Shown here in pieces: positions 15,217 through 24,616 of a stretch of 64,000 nucleotides of DNA. Position 1 is the first letter of the stretch, and each line of letters begins with the position of its first letter. Source of the stretch: an uncultured Verrucomicrobiae bacterium. Its GTDB lineage: Bacteria > Verrucomicrobiota > Verrucomicrobiia > Limisphaerales > UBA11358. The stretch lies in contig CAVPTH010000006.1 of NCBI GenBank assembly GCA_963708525.1, forward strand, positions 194,775 to 258,774. Reading direction: 5' to 3'. The position numbers were made by a program, and so were the translations under genes. The notes beneath the pieces were generated by a model. It was not told the DNA's origin, did no database searches, and worked only from the letters and a program-made list of their open reading frames with translations.

Positions 15217-18169
15217 CTATGCCTTGGCCACCAACTGACGCAACACAAATGGCAAAATGCCGCCGTGCTGGTAGTAATCAATCTCGATTGGCGTATCGAT
15301 GCGGCACTTGACCGGTATGTCCTCCACCGTGCCGTCCTGGCGTGTAATGCGCAGCGTCAGATCCTGTTGTGGCTTCAGCTTGGCACCGAGCCCGACAACG
15401 TCGTAGCTCTCTGTGCCGTCGAGTTTCAGGCTGAGGGCATTGGTTCCTTCCTTGAATTGCAAGGGCAGCACGCCCATCCCGACCAGATTGCTCCGGTGGA
15501 TGCGCTCGAAGCTCTGCGCCACCACGGCTTTCACACCCAGCAGGTTTGTGCCCTTGGCCGCCCAGTCACGCGACGAACCCGTACCGTATTCCTGTCCGGC
15601 CAGAACCACCAAAGGCGTCCCGCCCTCCTGATATTTTATCGCCGCATCGTAAATGGACATCTGTTCGCCCGGGTAGGGACGGCCCGCCGGGCCGTCCGCG
15701 GACGCCGACGGCGCGGCGTCCCTACCAAAAAAATTAGTCACCCCGCCTTCAACGCCCGGCACCATCAGATTTTTAATCCGCACATTGGCAAACGTGCCGC
15801 GCGTCATCACGCGGTCGTTGCCGCGCCGCGAGCCGTAACTGTTGAAGTCCGCTGGTTCGACGCCGTGTTCCATCAGGAATTTTCCGGCCGGCGACGTTTT
15901 CTTGATGGAACCCGCCGGCGAAATGTGGTCGGTGGTCACGCTGTCACCAAAGATGGCCAGCGCCCGCGCGCCTTTGATTTCGCGGATGTCGCCGGGTTGC
16001 ATCGAAAACTTTTCAAAGAACGGCGGTTCCTGAATGTAGGTGGATTTCCGGTCCCACTCATAGACATGGCCGGTACTGGAGGGGATTTCGTTCCACTTGG
16101 GATTTTGCGCGGCGAAATCCTGGTAGAGCTTGCGGAATACGTCCGGTTGCAACGCGGATTGCATCAGATCGCGGATTTCGCGCAGCGACGGCCAGATGTC
16201 CTTGAGTAAAACCGGACGGCCATCCTTGCCGGTGCCCAGCGGTTCGTGCGCGAGGTCAATGTCCACGCGCCCGGCCAGCGCGAACGCGACGACGAGCGGT
16301 GGCGACATGAGGAAATTCGCCTTGATGTTCTGGTGGATGCGCGCCTCGAAATTGCGGTTGCCCGACAACACCGCTGCGGCCACTACGTTGTTTTTAACAA
16401 TGGCCTCCTCCACGGCCGCGGCGAGCGGGCCGGAATTACCGATGCACGTGGTGCAACCGTAACCGACGAGGTTGAAGCCCAGCTGATCGAGATACGGCTG
16501 CAACCCGGTCCGCGTCAAATAATCGCTCACCACGCGCGAGCCAGGTGCGAGCGAGGCCTTGACGACGGGGTCCACCGTGAGGCCGCGTTCCACGGCCTTT
16601 TTGGCCAGCAATCCGGCGGCGAGCATCACACTGGGATTCGATGTGTTGGTACAACTGGTGATGGCCGCAATCAGCACCGAACCGTTGCGAATTTCGCTTT
16701 TCAACGCCCGTCCCCGCCCCAGGACGTGATCGGGCGTCGGGTGATTGTTCGCCATTTCGGTTTCTGTCTGCGGATTGGTGTTTTGCGACCGGGCCTTTTG
16801 GTCCGAAACCGGCTCCTGACTGCCACCGCCGTTGGCGGACTGGCCGTTGCCCGAAACAATAAATGTTTTTCCCAGCTCCTCGGGTTTCATTCCAAAGCCG
16901 CTTTCTGTGACCGGCTTGCTGAAGGTGGCGATGAAGCTTTCCTTGAGGTTCGGCAATTCAATTCGATCCTGCGGGCGTTTCGGGCCGGCCACGCTTGGCA
17001 GCACCGTGCCGAGGTCGAGTTCCAGTTCCTGCGAATACACAATGTCGCCCTTTTTCGGAACACCCAAAGTCCCTGCGCCTTGTAATAATTTTCGTAAGCG
17101 CGGCAATGTTCCTCGCTGCGGCCGGTGGCGCGCAGATAATTTACACACTCGCCATCAATCGGGAAGAACCCCATCGTGGCGCCGTACTCGGGTGCCATGT
17201 TGGCGATGGTCGCGCGGTCCACGACCGGCAGGGCGGCGGCGCCCGGACCGAAAAATTCCACGAACTTGCCGACGACTTTCGCCTTCCGCAGCATCTGCGT
17301 CACGGTCAGCGCGAGGTCGGTCGCGGTGACGCCTTCACGCAATGCGCCGGTCAGATGAACGCCAACCACGTCCGGCGTCAGAAAATAAACCGGTTGGCCG
17401 AGCATGCCCGCTTCGGCCTCGATGCCGCCAACGCCCCAGCCGACGATGCCCAGACCGTTGATCATGGTCGTATGCGAGTCGGTCCCGACCAGAGTGTCCG
17501 GGTAATAGATGGGAGCGCCGGTCTCCGACCCGGCGTTTTCTACGGCGCCACCATCCCGCCGGGTCGGAGACCGGGCTCCGAGAGCACGCCTTTCGCCAAA
17601 TACTCCAGATTGACCTGATGGACAATGCCAATGCCCGGCGGCACCACCTTGAACGTCTCGAAGGCCTGCATGCCCCACTTGAGAAATTGATAGCGTTCGC
17701 GGTTGCGTTGGAACTCCATCTCCAGATTTTTTTTCAATGCGTCGGCTGAACCCGCAAAATCGACCTGCACGGAATGGTCGACCACCAGGTCCACCGGTAC
17801 CAGCGGTTCGATGATTTTTGGGTTCTTGCCCAGGCGCGCCACGGCGGAACGCATGGCGGCCAGGTCCACCAACAGCGGCACACCGGTGAAGTCCTGCAAT
17901 ACGATGCGCGCCACAATAAAAGGGATTTCCTCCATGCGCTCGGCGTTGGGCTGCCAGTTGGCCAACGCCCGGACGTTGTGTTCGGTCACTTTCCTGCCAT
18001 CGCAATTGCGCAGGACGGATTCGAGCACAAGTCGGATGGAAACCGGCAGTCGGGAAATCGTTCCGACGCCGGCCTTTTCCAGCGCCGGCAGGGAATAAAA
18101 CTTCCCCGTCCGGCCGCCGGCCGCTTCAAACGTTTGCAGGGTATCCAACATCTGCGGCAGTGTGCTCAT
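15217..18169 (-). CDS. acnA: Aconitate hydratase A, three ORF pieces (two apparent frameshifts) and two REP-derived insertions
   Basis: ORF 17540..18169 is the N-terminal piece (..[40 protein letters not shown]). ORF 16887..18005 is the middle piece ([33 protein letters not shown]). ORF 15217..17148 is the C-terminal piece ([51 protein letters not shown]). Frame breaks lie at ~17574-17576 and ~17063-17065. Confidence 0.9.
15672..15726. repeat. REP of the GGTAG-(GGACG..CGTCC)x2-CTACC family, translated in-frame within acnA
   Basis: GGTAGGGACGGcccgccgggCCGTCCgcGGACGCCgacggcGCGGCGTCCCTACC. It encodes the extra segment [18 protein letters not shown] between [10 protein letters not shown] and [11 protein letters not shown]. 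Confidence 0.8.
17512..17579. repeat. Inverted REP doublet (REPIN-like) inside acnA
   Basis: The arms are GGAGCGCCGGTCTCCGACCCGGCG (17512..17535) and CCGCCGGGTCGGAGACCGGGCTCC (17556..17579). The second arm is one base shorter than the reverse complement of the first. Confidence 0.8.
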
Positions 18170-18367
18170 GTAATTCCTTCAATTAACAATAAAAATGAAG
18201 GTTGCCTGCAGTCGTGTCAAGCGGACGCAAGCCGGGAAAATGCGAACCAATGCAGTTCAATTCTGAATCTGGAGCCCAGCTGTCCCAGCCGCAGCCGATG
18301 AAAAATCCTTAAAGATATCTCTGCAAAACCGGAGCGCCCGCCTCCGCCGCGGCGTAAAAATGTCAAT

Positions 18368-18491
18368 TTGAGACCTCTGCAAAAGTTATTCCGTTAGCGC
18401 CTGGAGCGCCGAGCACCGCCTCGGCCATTGGGAAATTCCATCACTTCGCGCCGAGACGGTGCTCGGCGTCCCAGTATTGCAGAGGTCTCAA
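18368..18491. repeat. MITE-like element with perfect 15-bp terminal inverted repeats
   Basis: TTGAGACCTCTGCAA (18368..18382) and TTGCAGAGGTCTCAA (18477..18491). There is an inner inverted pair CGCCGAGCACCG / CGGTGCTCGGCG. Confidence 0.75.
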
Positions 18492-18503
18492 TTCCCCAAC
18501 CTG

Positions 18504-18525
18504 CCGGGTCGGAGACCGGCGCTCC
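18504..18525. repeat. Solo copy of the REP arm found in acnA
   Basis: ccgggtcggagaccggcgctcc matches the arms at 17512..17579. Confidence 0.7.
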
Positions 18526-18632
18526 GACATCAACCGAACGGTTTTGCGGAGATTTCCCAAAGCGTTCAGTTCGATTTCCTTCTTGTTCACTGCAAAGCGT
18601 GCTGCGCCTGAGACAGGCGCGCTCCGTTGGCC

Positions 18633-19037
18633 TCATTTGTTTGGGCGTTCAGCGCCATTCACTGGCGGGGCGTCCCGGTGCAGCAAATCAGCAATCCGGC
18701 GTTCCAGTCGAACCAGATCGAGCGGCTTGGTAAAAAAATCATCGGCATGCATCGTCACGGTACGTTTGGTCACCTCGCTGGAAAGCGCGCTCATGAAGAT
18801 GACGGGGATTTTTTTTGTGGACGGCTGGCGCCGCAGAATTTCACAGACGGACAGACCGTCCAGGTCCGGCAACAGGATATCGAGCAGGATGAGGTCCGGT
18901 TTGAACTGCCGCGCCTGGCTGAGCGCCTGCACCCCGTCGCTGGCCACGATGAATTCGTAGCCCAGGGCGCCGAGGCGGAATTGCACCAGTTCAACGAAAT
19001 CCCGCTCGTCATCCACGATCAAAATGCGAGGCACCAT
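18633..19037 (-). CDS. Single-domain response regulator (CheY-like REC)
   Basis: ILIVDDE...DLILLDILLPDLDG...KIPVIFMSA...FFTKP. Confidence 0.85.
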   Translation of the reverse strand: MVPRILIVDDERDFVELVQFRLGALGYEFIVASDGVQALSQARQFKPDLILLDILLPDLDGLSVCEILRRQPSTKKIPVIFMSALSSEVTKRTVTMHADDFFTKPLDLVRLERRIADLLHRDAPPVNGAERPNK

Positions 19038-19143
19038 GCTCTCAAGCTAAGCCGGTTTCGCGCCAAACACCATGACGACGCGGTTAAAGCTGTGTCACGA
19101 AATGGAAACGAAAGCCGGCAGTGGTACGTTCTGGAATTCCAGA

Positions 19144-19269
19144 GTAGGGTCATCGCGCTGCGATGACCACGCCGCGTTCAGAGGCGCAATGAAACAACGG
19201 ATGATTCATAGCGGTTCTGGTTCCGTCCGCTGAATGCGGACGGTGACGCCGCAGCGCGGCGTCCCTACC
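19144..19269. repeat. Composite REP: GTAGGG...CCCTAC outer stem enclosing at least three hairpins
   Basis: GTAGGGTCATCGCgcTGCGATGACC ... CCGTCCGCtgaatGCGGACGG tGACGCCGCagcGCGGCGTCCCTACC. Confidence 0.7.
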
Positions 19270-19348
19270 ATTGCAAATCGTACCACCACCCGAAAGCCGG
19301 GCTAAAAAGCTTGTTCCTTCAGAGTCGTTTTGATAGCCATGCGGGGAC

Positions 19349-20284
19349 ATGCCAATGAGACAAGGCTCCATCCGTTTGTTCCGGCTATTCGGGATTACGG
19401 TTTATCTGCATTGGGCATGGTTCCTCCTGGCGGTTTATTACGTTCAATACCGGACGCATGTTTATTCCTCGCCGACATGGACCGTGCTGGAATTTTTGTG
19501 CCTGTTCGCCATCGTCCTGATCCACGAATTCGGGCATCAACTCGCCTGCCGGTCTGTGGGCGGAACAACTCACGACATCGTCCTCTGGTTATTCGGTGGC
19601 GTCGCCTATGTCTCCCCGCCCCAACGGCCGGGCGCGCAACTCTGGAGCATCGCCGCCGGACCTCTGGTGAACGTTGTCCTCGTTCCCGTTCTTTCGGTTC
19701 TGGTGTCGGTGAGTTCGCACCTGGGCTGGTTTGACACGCATCCTGACGCCTATGATTTGATTCACCACGTCTGGACCATCAACCTTGGCCTGCTCATCTT
19801 CAACATGCTCCCCATTTATCCGCTCGACGGCGGCCAGATTTTGCGGTCGCTCCTTTGGTTTCCGTTTGGCCGGGCCAACAGCCTGCTCGCCGCGAGCATC
19901 ATCGGCTTCATCGGCGTCGGGTTGCTGATTCTGTTGGCGGTGTTCTCATTTATCGCTGCTCCGGCGTTTGCCATCCAATTGGCAGCTATCACCGTCTTTA
20001 TTTTAATGAGTTGTTGGGGCGGTCTCAGGCAGGCGCGGGCTTTGGTAAAAGTGGCGAATGCACCGCGTCGGGAGGGTTTCGTTTGTCCCAACTGCAAAAC
20101 CGCCCCGCCGCAGGGCGCGTTCTGGGTCTGTGGCAAATGCCGGAATCCGTTCGACACCTTTGCCACGCACGGAATTTGTCCCCATTGCTCAACGGAATAT
20201 TCCGCCACGTCCTGCCCCGAATGCGGCACGATGCGCCCCATCCCCGAATGGGAAAGTTACGGACAGGTTCCGCCGAAGTTGTAG
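19349..20284 (+). CDS. Site-2 protease family (M50) membrane metalloprotease with a C-terminal double zinc-ribbon tail
   Basis: HEFGH in a TM helix (FAIVLIHEFGHQLA) and PIYPLDGG. The tail has four CxxC pairs (CPNC, CGKC, CPHC, CPEC). Confidence 0.8.
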   Translation: MPMRQGSIRLFRLFGITVYLHWAWFLLAVYYVQYRTHVYSSPTWTVLEFLCLFAIVLIHEFGHQLACRSVGGTTHDIVLWLFGGVAYVSPPQRPGAQLWSIAAGPLVNVVLVPVLSVLVSVSSHLGWFDTHPDAYDLIHHVWTINLGLLIFNMLPIYPLDGGQILRSLLWFPFGRANSLLAASIIGFIGVGLLILLAVFSFIAAPAFAIQLAAITVFILMSCWGGLRQARALVKVANAPRREGFVCPNCKTAPPQGAFWVCGKCRNPFDTFATHGICPHCSTEYSATSCPECGTMRPIPEWESYGQVPPKL

Positions 20285-20308
20285 AAAAGGTAGGAGGGGA
20301 ATTTTGCA

Positions 20309-20360
20309 GGTAGGGACGGCTCGCCGAGCCGTCCGGACGCGTCGGCGACGCGTCCCTACC
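20309..20360. terminator. REP (two tandem 21-nt perfect hairpins) between convergent genes; possible bidirectional terminator
   Basis: GGTAG-GGACGGCTCGcCGAGCCGTCC-GGACGCGTCGgCGACGCGTCC-CTACC. It lies between the stop of the M50 gene (20284) and the stop of the BlaR1-like gene (20393). There is no U-tract, so the terminator role is inferred only. Confidence 0.45.
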
Positions 20361-20392
20361 ACAGAAAGCCAACCACTACTCCAAAATTCCCG

Positions 20393-23374
20393 TCATCGGC
20401 CATCCTGTGGCGGAATTCCTTTTTTGGCAGACGACATCTCGTCGTCGGAGTGAATACGATTACCAGCAGGGTCAACCAGGGTCACCGTAACAAAAACCAA
20501 TAGTTCCTTGTCCTGTTCATTCGGCCGAGCCCCGGTTGCCGGCGTTTTCTTAAAATAATCCGGCTCGGCGCCGACTTCCTTTCCGCCGTCGTAAAAGCGC
20601 GCCTTCATTCCGCCCATCACAACTGTCTGGCCGTCCCTCAATTTTATGTTCGCGCTGGTTTTGCGAACTGCAAAGCTGGGCGAAATCTTCGGCAAATATA
20701 CTTGTTCACCCAGTTCGTTCCATACCGGGATCGTATTGGTAGCCCTGTCATAGCCCAATAATTCTGTAACAGAAACGGCTGTCCTCAAATCGATCGTGAA
20801 ACCGTCAGCCAGCACGTTCGGAAACACGTCCACAACCGGACCGAACTCCAGCTTGGTGGTTTGCGGAGTAATCGAATCAGACTGGGAATTCAAACCGTGG
20901 ATAAAGGCAAAGTTGGTAACGACCGTGATGCTTTTCGTTGCTCGCATCTCCGTTTGCCGTCCACTCGTAGTGGTCACTTCCGGTTCGGCCAATTCCTCAA
21001 AACCCGGTCGAGATTCCAGGCTCTTCAACGCAACCTCCACGTTTTCACCGGTCATAATGCCCGTGAAATGGTCCGGCTGATTTGTACCGCCTATCATGTT
21101 TCCGAAGTTTCCGAACCCGTTCAAAACTCCTTTCGGCATTTCAATGAACCGCGCCTTGATGTGGATTTGCGGTGTTGTCTCAATGAGAGCTGGGATGATC
21201 CGCTCAACGGTGTCGAAGTCGGATAAAGTCGCTCGGACAAACAACAAACCCCTTCGATCATTGTAGAACACTGCTTTGCCCTTGGGCGTCTCCCAATTAA
21301 CCCCCATTTTGCCTAAAAGACTCCTGGCGATGGCCGTGACGTTGTTGGTGTCCAGACCGGAAATGTTGCGTACGGCGTTGGCGAATACATATGCATTCAC
21401 CTTAAAAGTCCGGCTGAACAGGTTGGTCGAATTTCCACTGGCAACCGCGGATTCGGCGTTCGTACTGTTCTGCGAGCCGACAGTTACCCGCAGACGCTCC
21501 CGAAAAGACACCGTGTTGGTGACGATTTCCACGCCGATGGCCGCGACCAGATTATTATCGGCGTTGTCACCGTAATTTTTCACGCGAACCACAATGCCGC
21601 CGCGGTTTTCCGCCGATGCTCTGGCGCTGAAATAATTGGTGAAAGCCGTGCTACCCGGCGCAACGACGAAGACCTTGCCCCGCAATGCCAGATCCACGAA
21701 GCCGTCGCTGACAAACGGTTTGCAGTCGAATTCAACGCTGTTGGTCTTGCTGCCGATAAAGAAGTCGGCCGTTATCCCGCTCGCGGTCTGGATACGCGGA
21801 CGCTGAATCAATTGTAGACTGGATGCTTCCAGTTTGGCGACGAGTTGGCTGAATTGTTCCGGTGAGGCCGACCACCAGTCATCACCAGGCGGACTGCCGT
21901 GATAAAATTGCAGCCCGGAAACAAAACCAACTAAATCAGCGGACGGCATCTGATAAATGCGCGCTTCAATCACCACAATCCGCTTTCGGAGAGGATTATT
22001 GCTCAACGGCAGTTCACACGGGCCGTCCGTGCGGTTCAGTTGCTCGATGACTTCCCGAAAAATCTCCAGATTATCCGGCGTGTTCTGCATGGTGATTTCG
22101 CCGGTATGCGTGTTGAACTTGATGCCATTAGGCGGGGCGCAATCCACGCCTTCGGTCCGCAACAGATCCAATAGGATGACCGTGTAATCATTCGTCGGCG
22201 ACAGGAGCGATTGTGCGGCTTGAGCATGGACGTTTTTGATGAAAACTTCCGGATTCACTTTTAGCGTTAGAGATTGTTGTGCAACCGCTGCCGTCTCAGA
22301 TGAATTCAATTGTTCCGCCGGAGCCGGTGCCTCGCCCATCGGCACCGCCACGGCGGTAAACGCCATAATGCCAAGGAGCGAAACCAGCGTCAGCCCGGCT
22401 TTGCGTGGGGCACGAAAATTGACCAGCCGCTCAATTCGCTGCCGCAACGCACTGCGGGATTCGAGGATGCCCACCAGGCCCAGGCCGGCCAGCGGGCGGT
22501 TCAATGCGAGTTTCGCCACCTCCAACAACGTCGGCGCATACGAATCGCCTTCGTCGCGCAGCGCCAGCATAACGGCATCGTCCACGGCTTCTTCGCGCAC
22601 ACGGCGAATGCGGGCGTTGGCCAGCCAGACTAGCGGGTGCCACCAATAAACAATCTGCACCAGCGCCTGCAAACAATTCAGCCACACGTCGCGCCGTCTG
22701 AGATGAATCAATTCATGCAACAGCACCGCACGCAATTGGTCATCGGAAAATCCGTCCGCCAGCGATTGCGGAACCAATATCACCGGATGAAACAGTCCGC
22801 ACACCGCGGGTGACATGGTATGCCCGGTCACTTTCACCGGCACCGTGGATTTGACACCGGCGAGCCGCCGCGTTTTGGTCAGAATCGCAGTCAGCCTTTC
22901 GGAGTCTTTCGCCCGGTGCACCTGTCGGGTGATGTGCCACCAACGCGCCAATAACCAGGCGAACAACAAGGCACTAACCATGCTGGACGCCAGTGACAGC
23001 CACGCGGCGGCTGTTATCGCCGGTTTTGGCGGGACATAAGCCGGCGGCGGGTTCAGTGAGATGTCCGGTAATGCACCGGTATCGTACGTAACTGTGTAAT
23101 GGAATTTGGGAACGGCCGGCGGCGGGGTTTTGTGCAACCACCAAACTGGACTCGTCGGAAATGCCAATGTCGGCGGCAGGCAGAGTTTTACCAGCACCAC
23201 CAGCCAGAGCGCGTAACGGACGGAAGCCCGGATTTTGCGCCGGGTCAGAAAATCTGCGATCAACAGAGTTGCTATGAGCAGGCTGGATTGCCAGAACATC
23301 GGCCAGGCAAAGTCTGTAAACCGGCTACCCCACTGGTTTAGGCTTTCGATAAAGGAATTCATGAGAGCCTCCAA
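20393..23374 (-). CDS. BlaR1/MecR1-type M56 signal-transducing metalloprotease fused to a large periplasmic region ending in a secretin-like domain
   Basis: The N-terminus is typical of M56 (FAWPMFWQSSLLIATLLIADFL, HELIHLRRRD = HExxH). The C-terminal ~350 aa resemble a GspD/PilQ-type secretin (QIHIKARFIEMP, TTTSGRQTEM, LRDGQTVVMGGM, KELLVFVTVTLV) but lack an obvious PiLgdiP motif. Confidence 0.8.
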   Translation of the reverse strand: MEALMNSFIESLNQWGSRFTDFAWPMFWQSSLLIATLLIADFLTRRKIRASVRYALWLVVLVKLCLPPTLAFPTSPVWWLHKTPPPAVPKFHYTVTYDTGALPDISLNPPPAYVPPKPAITAAAWLSLASSMVSALLFAWLLARWWHITRQVHRAKDSERLTAILTKTRRLAGVKSTVPVKVTGHTMSPAVCGLFHPVILVPQSLADGFSDDQLRAVLLHELIHLRRRDVWLNCLQALVQIVYWWHPLVWLANARIRRVREEAVDDAVMLALRDEGDSYAPTLLEVAKLALNRPLAGLGLVGILESRSALRQRIERLVNFRAPRKAGLTLVSLLGIMAFTAVAVPMGEAPAPAEQLNSSETAAVAQQSLTLKVNPEVFIKNVHAQAAQSLLSPTNDYTVILLDLLRTEGVDCAPPNGIKFNTHTGEITMQNTPDNLEIFREVIEQLNRTDGPCELPLSNNPLRKRIVVIEARIYQMPSADLVGFVSGLQFYHGSPPGDDWWSASPEQFSQLVAKLEASSLQLIQRPRIQTASGITADFFIGSKTNSVEFDCKPFVSDGFVDLALRGKVFVVAPGSTAFTNYFSARASAENRGGIVVRVKNYGDNADNNLVAAIGVEIVTNTVSFRERLRVTVGSQNSTNAESAVASGNSTNLFSRTFKVNAYVFANAVRNISGLDTNNVTAIARSLLGKMGVNWETPKGKAVFYNDRRGLLFVRATLSDFDTVERIIPALIETTPQIHIKARFIEMPKGVLNGFGNFGNMIGGTNQPDHFTGIMTGENVEVALKSLESRPGFEELAEPEVTTTSGRQTEMRATKSITVVTNFAFIHGLNSQSDSITPQTTKLEFGPVVDVFPNVLADGFTIDLRTAVSVTELLGYDRATNTIPVWNELGEQVYLPKISPSFAVRKTSANIKLRDGQTVVMGGMKARFYDGGKEVGAEPDYFKKTPATGARPNEQDKELLVFVTVTLVDPAGNRIHSDDEMSSAKKGIPPQDGR

Positions 23375-23383
23375 AAGTGTCGG

Positions 23384-23773
23384 TTATTTTTTCGCCGACG
23401 TCTTCTTGGCCCGGATGAGCGATTCCAATCTCTCCAATTCATCCGCATCCAAGTCGCCGCTTTCCAACAGGCATTGCACCATCGGCGTGAGCGCGCCGTT
23501 AAAGGCATGTTTGAGTGCGTAAAACAGCTCGCCACGCTGCGCCTCGAGGTGCGTGACGGCGGAATGATAAATGGTCAGCTTGCCCTCCTTTTTGGACCGG
23601 AGCGCGCCTTTGGCCGCCATGCGGTCCATCAACGTGCGGACCGTGGAATAGGTCCAGCCGGTCACGGGAAATAATTTCTTCTGGATGGCGGGCGCGCTGC
23701 AGGGTTCATTGTCCCAGACAGCCTTGATAACGGACCATTCCGCCTCGGTCAATGCTACGGTTGGCTTCGACAT
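23384..23773 (-). CDS. BlaI/MecI/CopY-family transcriptional repressor
   Basis: 129 aa: LTEAEWSVIKAVWDNEPCSAPAIQKKL...GWTYSTVRTLMDRMAAKGAL. Sits immediately upstream of the M56 gene. Confidence 0.85.
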   Translation of the reverse strand: MSKPTVALTEAEWSVIKAVWDNEPCSAPAIQKKLFPVTGWTYSTVRTLMDRMAAKGALRSKKEGKLTIYHSAVTHLEAQRGELFYALKHAFNGALTPMVQCLLESGDLDADELERLESLIRAKKTSAKK

Positions 23774-23783
23774 GCGCCGATAT

Positions 23784-23828
23784 TCTCTACATCCGTAGAG
23801 GATGTCAAGCGGATTCTTTACAGATGTA
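23784..23828. promoter_or_regulatory. Two candidate BlaI/CopY-type operators upstream of the repressor gene
   Basis: TACAGATGTA at 23819..23828 fits TACAnnTGTA. TCTCTACatccGTAGAGG at 23784..23801 contains CTACATCCGTAG, which is similar to the reverse complement of the first site (CTACATCTGTAA). The sites lie 11-55 nt upstream of the ATG at 23773. Confidence 0.5.
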
Positions 23829-23841
23829 GATATTGCACGCA

Positions 23842-23908
23842 GCGCGGACAGCCTTGTCCGCGAGATCCCGGTTCAGGGAAGGAACACGCGGACAAAGCTG
23901 TCCGCGCT
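23842..23908. repeat. Pair of CGCGGACA...TGTCCGCG hairpins
   Basis: gCGCGGACAgccTTGTCCGCG ... CGCGGACAaagcTGTCCGCGc. Confidence 0.65.
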
Positions 23909-23976
23909 CCGGTCGCCGAATAAACAGGGGCAAAAGGAAAACCCTTTCCTTCTTCGCGTCCTTCGCGCGACAAAAT

Positions 23977-24456
23977 TTACTTCAACTTTGCCAGCGCGGC
24001 TTTGACGGCCTCGAAGTTTGGCAAATCCTTCGGCGTCGGGGTCTGTTCGCTGTATTGCACGACGCCGTTCTTATCAATCACGAACGCTGCGCGCGCCGCG
24101 GTGTCGCCTATCCCGGCCAGCATCGGAAAGATCACGCCATAGGCCTTGACGGTCGTCTTGTTCAAATCACTGGCCAGCGTAATGCTGATCTTCTCTTTTT
24201 GTGCCCACGCCTCCTGCGAGAACGGCGTGTCCACGCTGATACCAATCACGTTGGCGTTCAGGCTGGAATAGGCGCTCAGCCCGGCAGTAATGTCGCACAG
24301 TTCCTGGGTGCAGACACTGGTGAAGGCCGCGGGGAAGAACAGCAGCACGGTGTTTTTCTTGCCCAGGTTATCGCTGAGTTTCACGTCCACGAGACCGGAC
24401 GCCTGTTTGGATTTCAGGGTGAAATCGGGAGCCTTGGAACCGACGGCGATTGGCAT
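23977..24456 (-). CDS. Peroxiredoxin (AhpC/TSA-redoxin family)
   Basis: APDFTL..., LLFFPAAFTSVCTQELC (peroxidatic Cys context). Confidence 0.85.
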   Translation of the reverse strand: MPIAVGSKAPDFTLKSKQASGLVDVKLSDNLGKKNTVLLFFPAAFTSVCTQELCDITAGLSAYSSLNANVIGISVDTPFSQEAWAQKEKISITLASDLNKTTVKAYGVIFPMLAGIGDTAARAAFVIDKNGVVQYSEQTPTPKDLPNFEAVKAALAKLK

Positions 24457-24616
24457 AATCTTTTTTGGTTTTGAGTTTAAGTTCTCTTGTTAAGGGCAAA
24501 GTTTGAGAATTTACCCGGCGCGTGTCAAACGGGGATTTTATCAAACCGATCCGGGCCACAACCGCCAAGGAGGCGGGACAGAGGATGTCCGCTGAAGAAA
24601 CGGTTGTGTGCCCGGA

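Noticed and set aside
20309-20360. Whether the many short GC-rich palindromes (REPs) could be a CRISPR array.
   Set aside because: The copies are dispersed singly or as inverted pairs. They are not direct repeats at regular spacing with unique spacers, and no cas genes are present.
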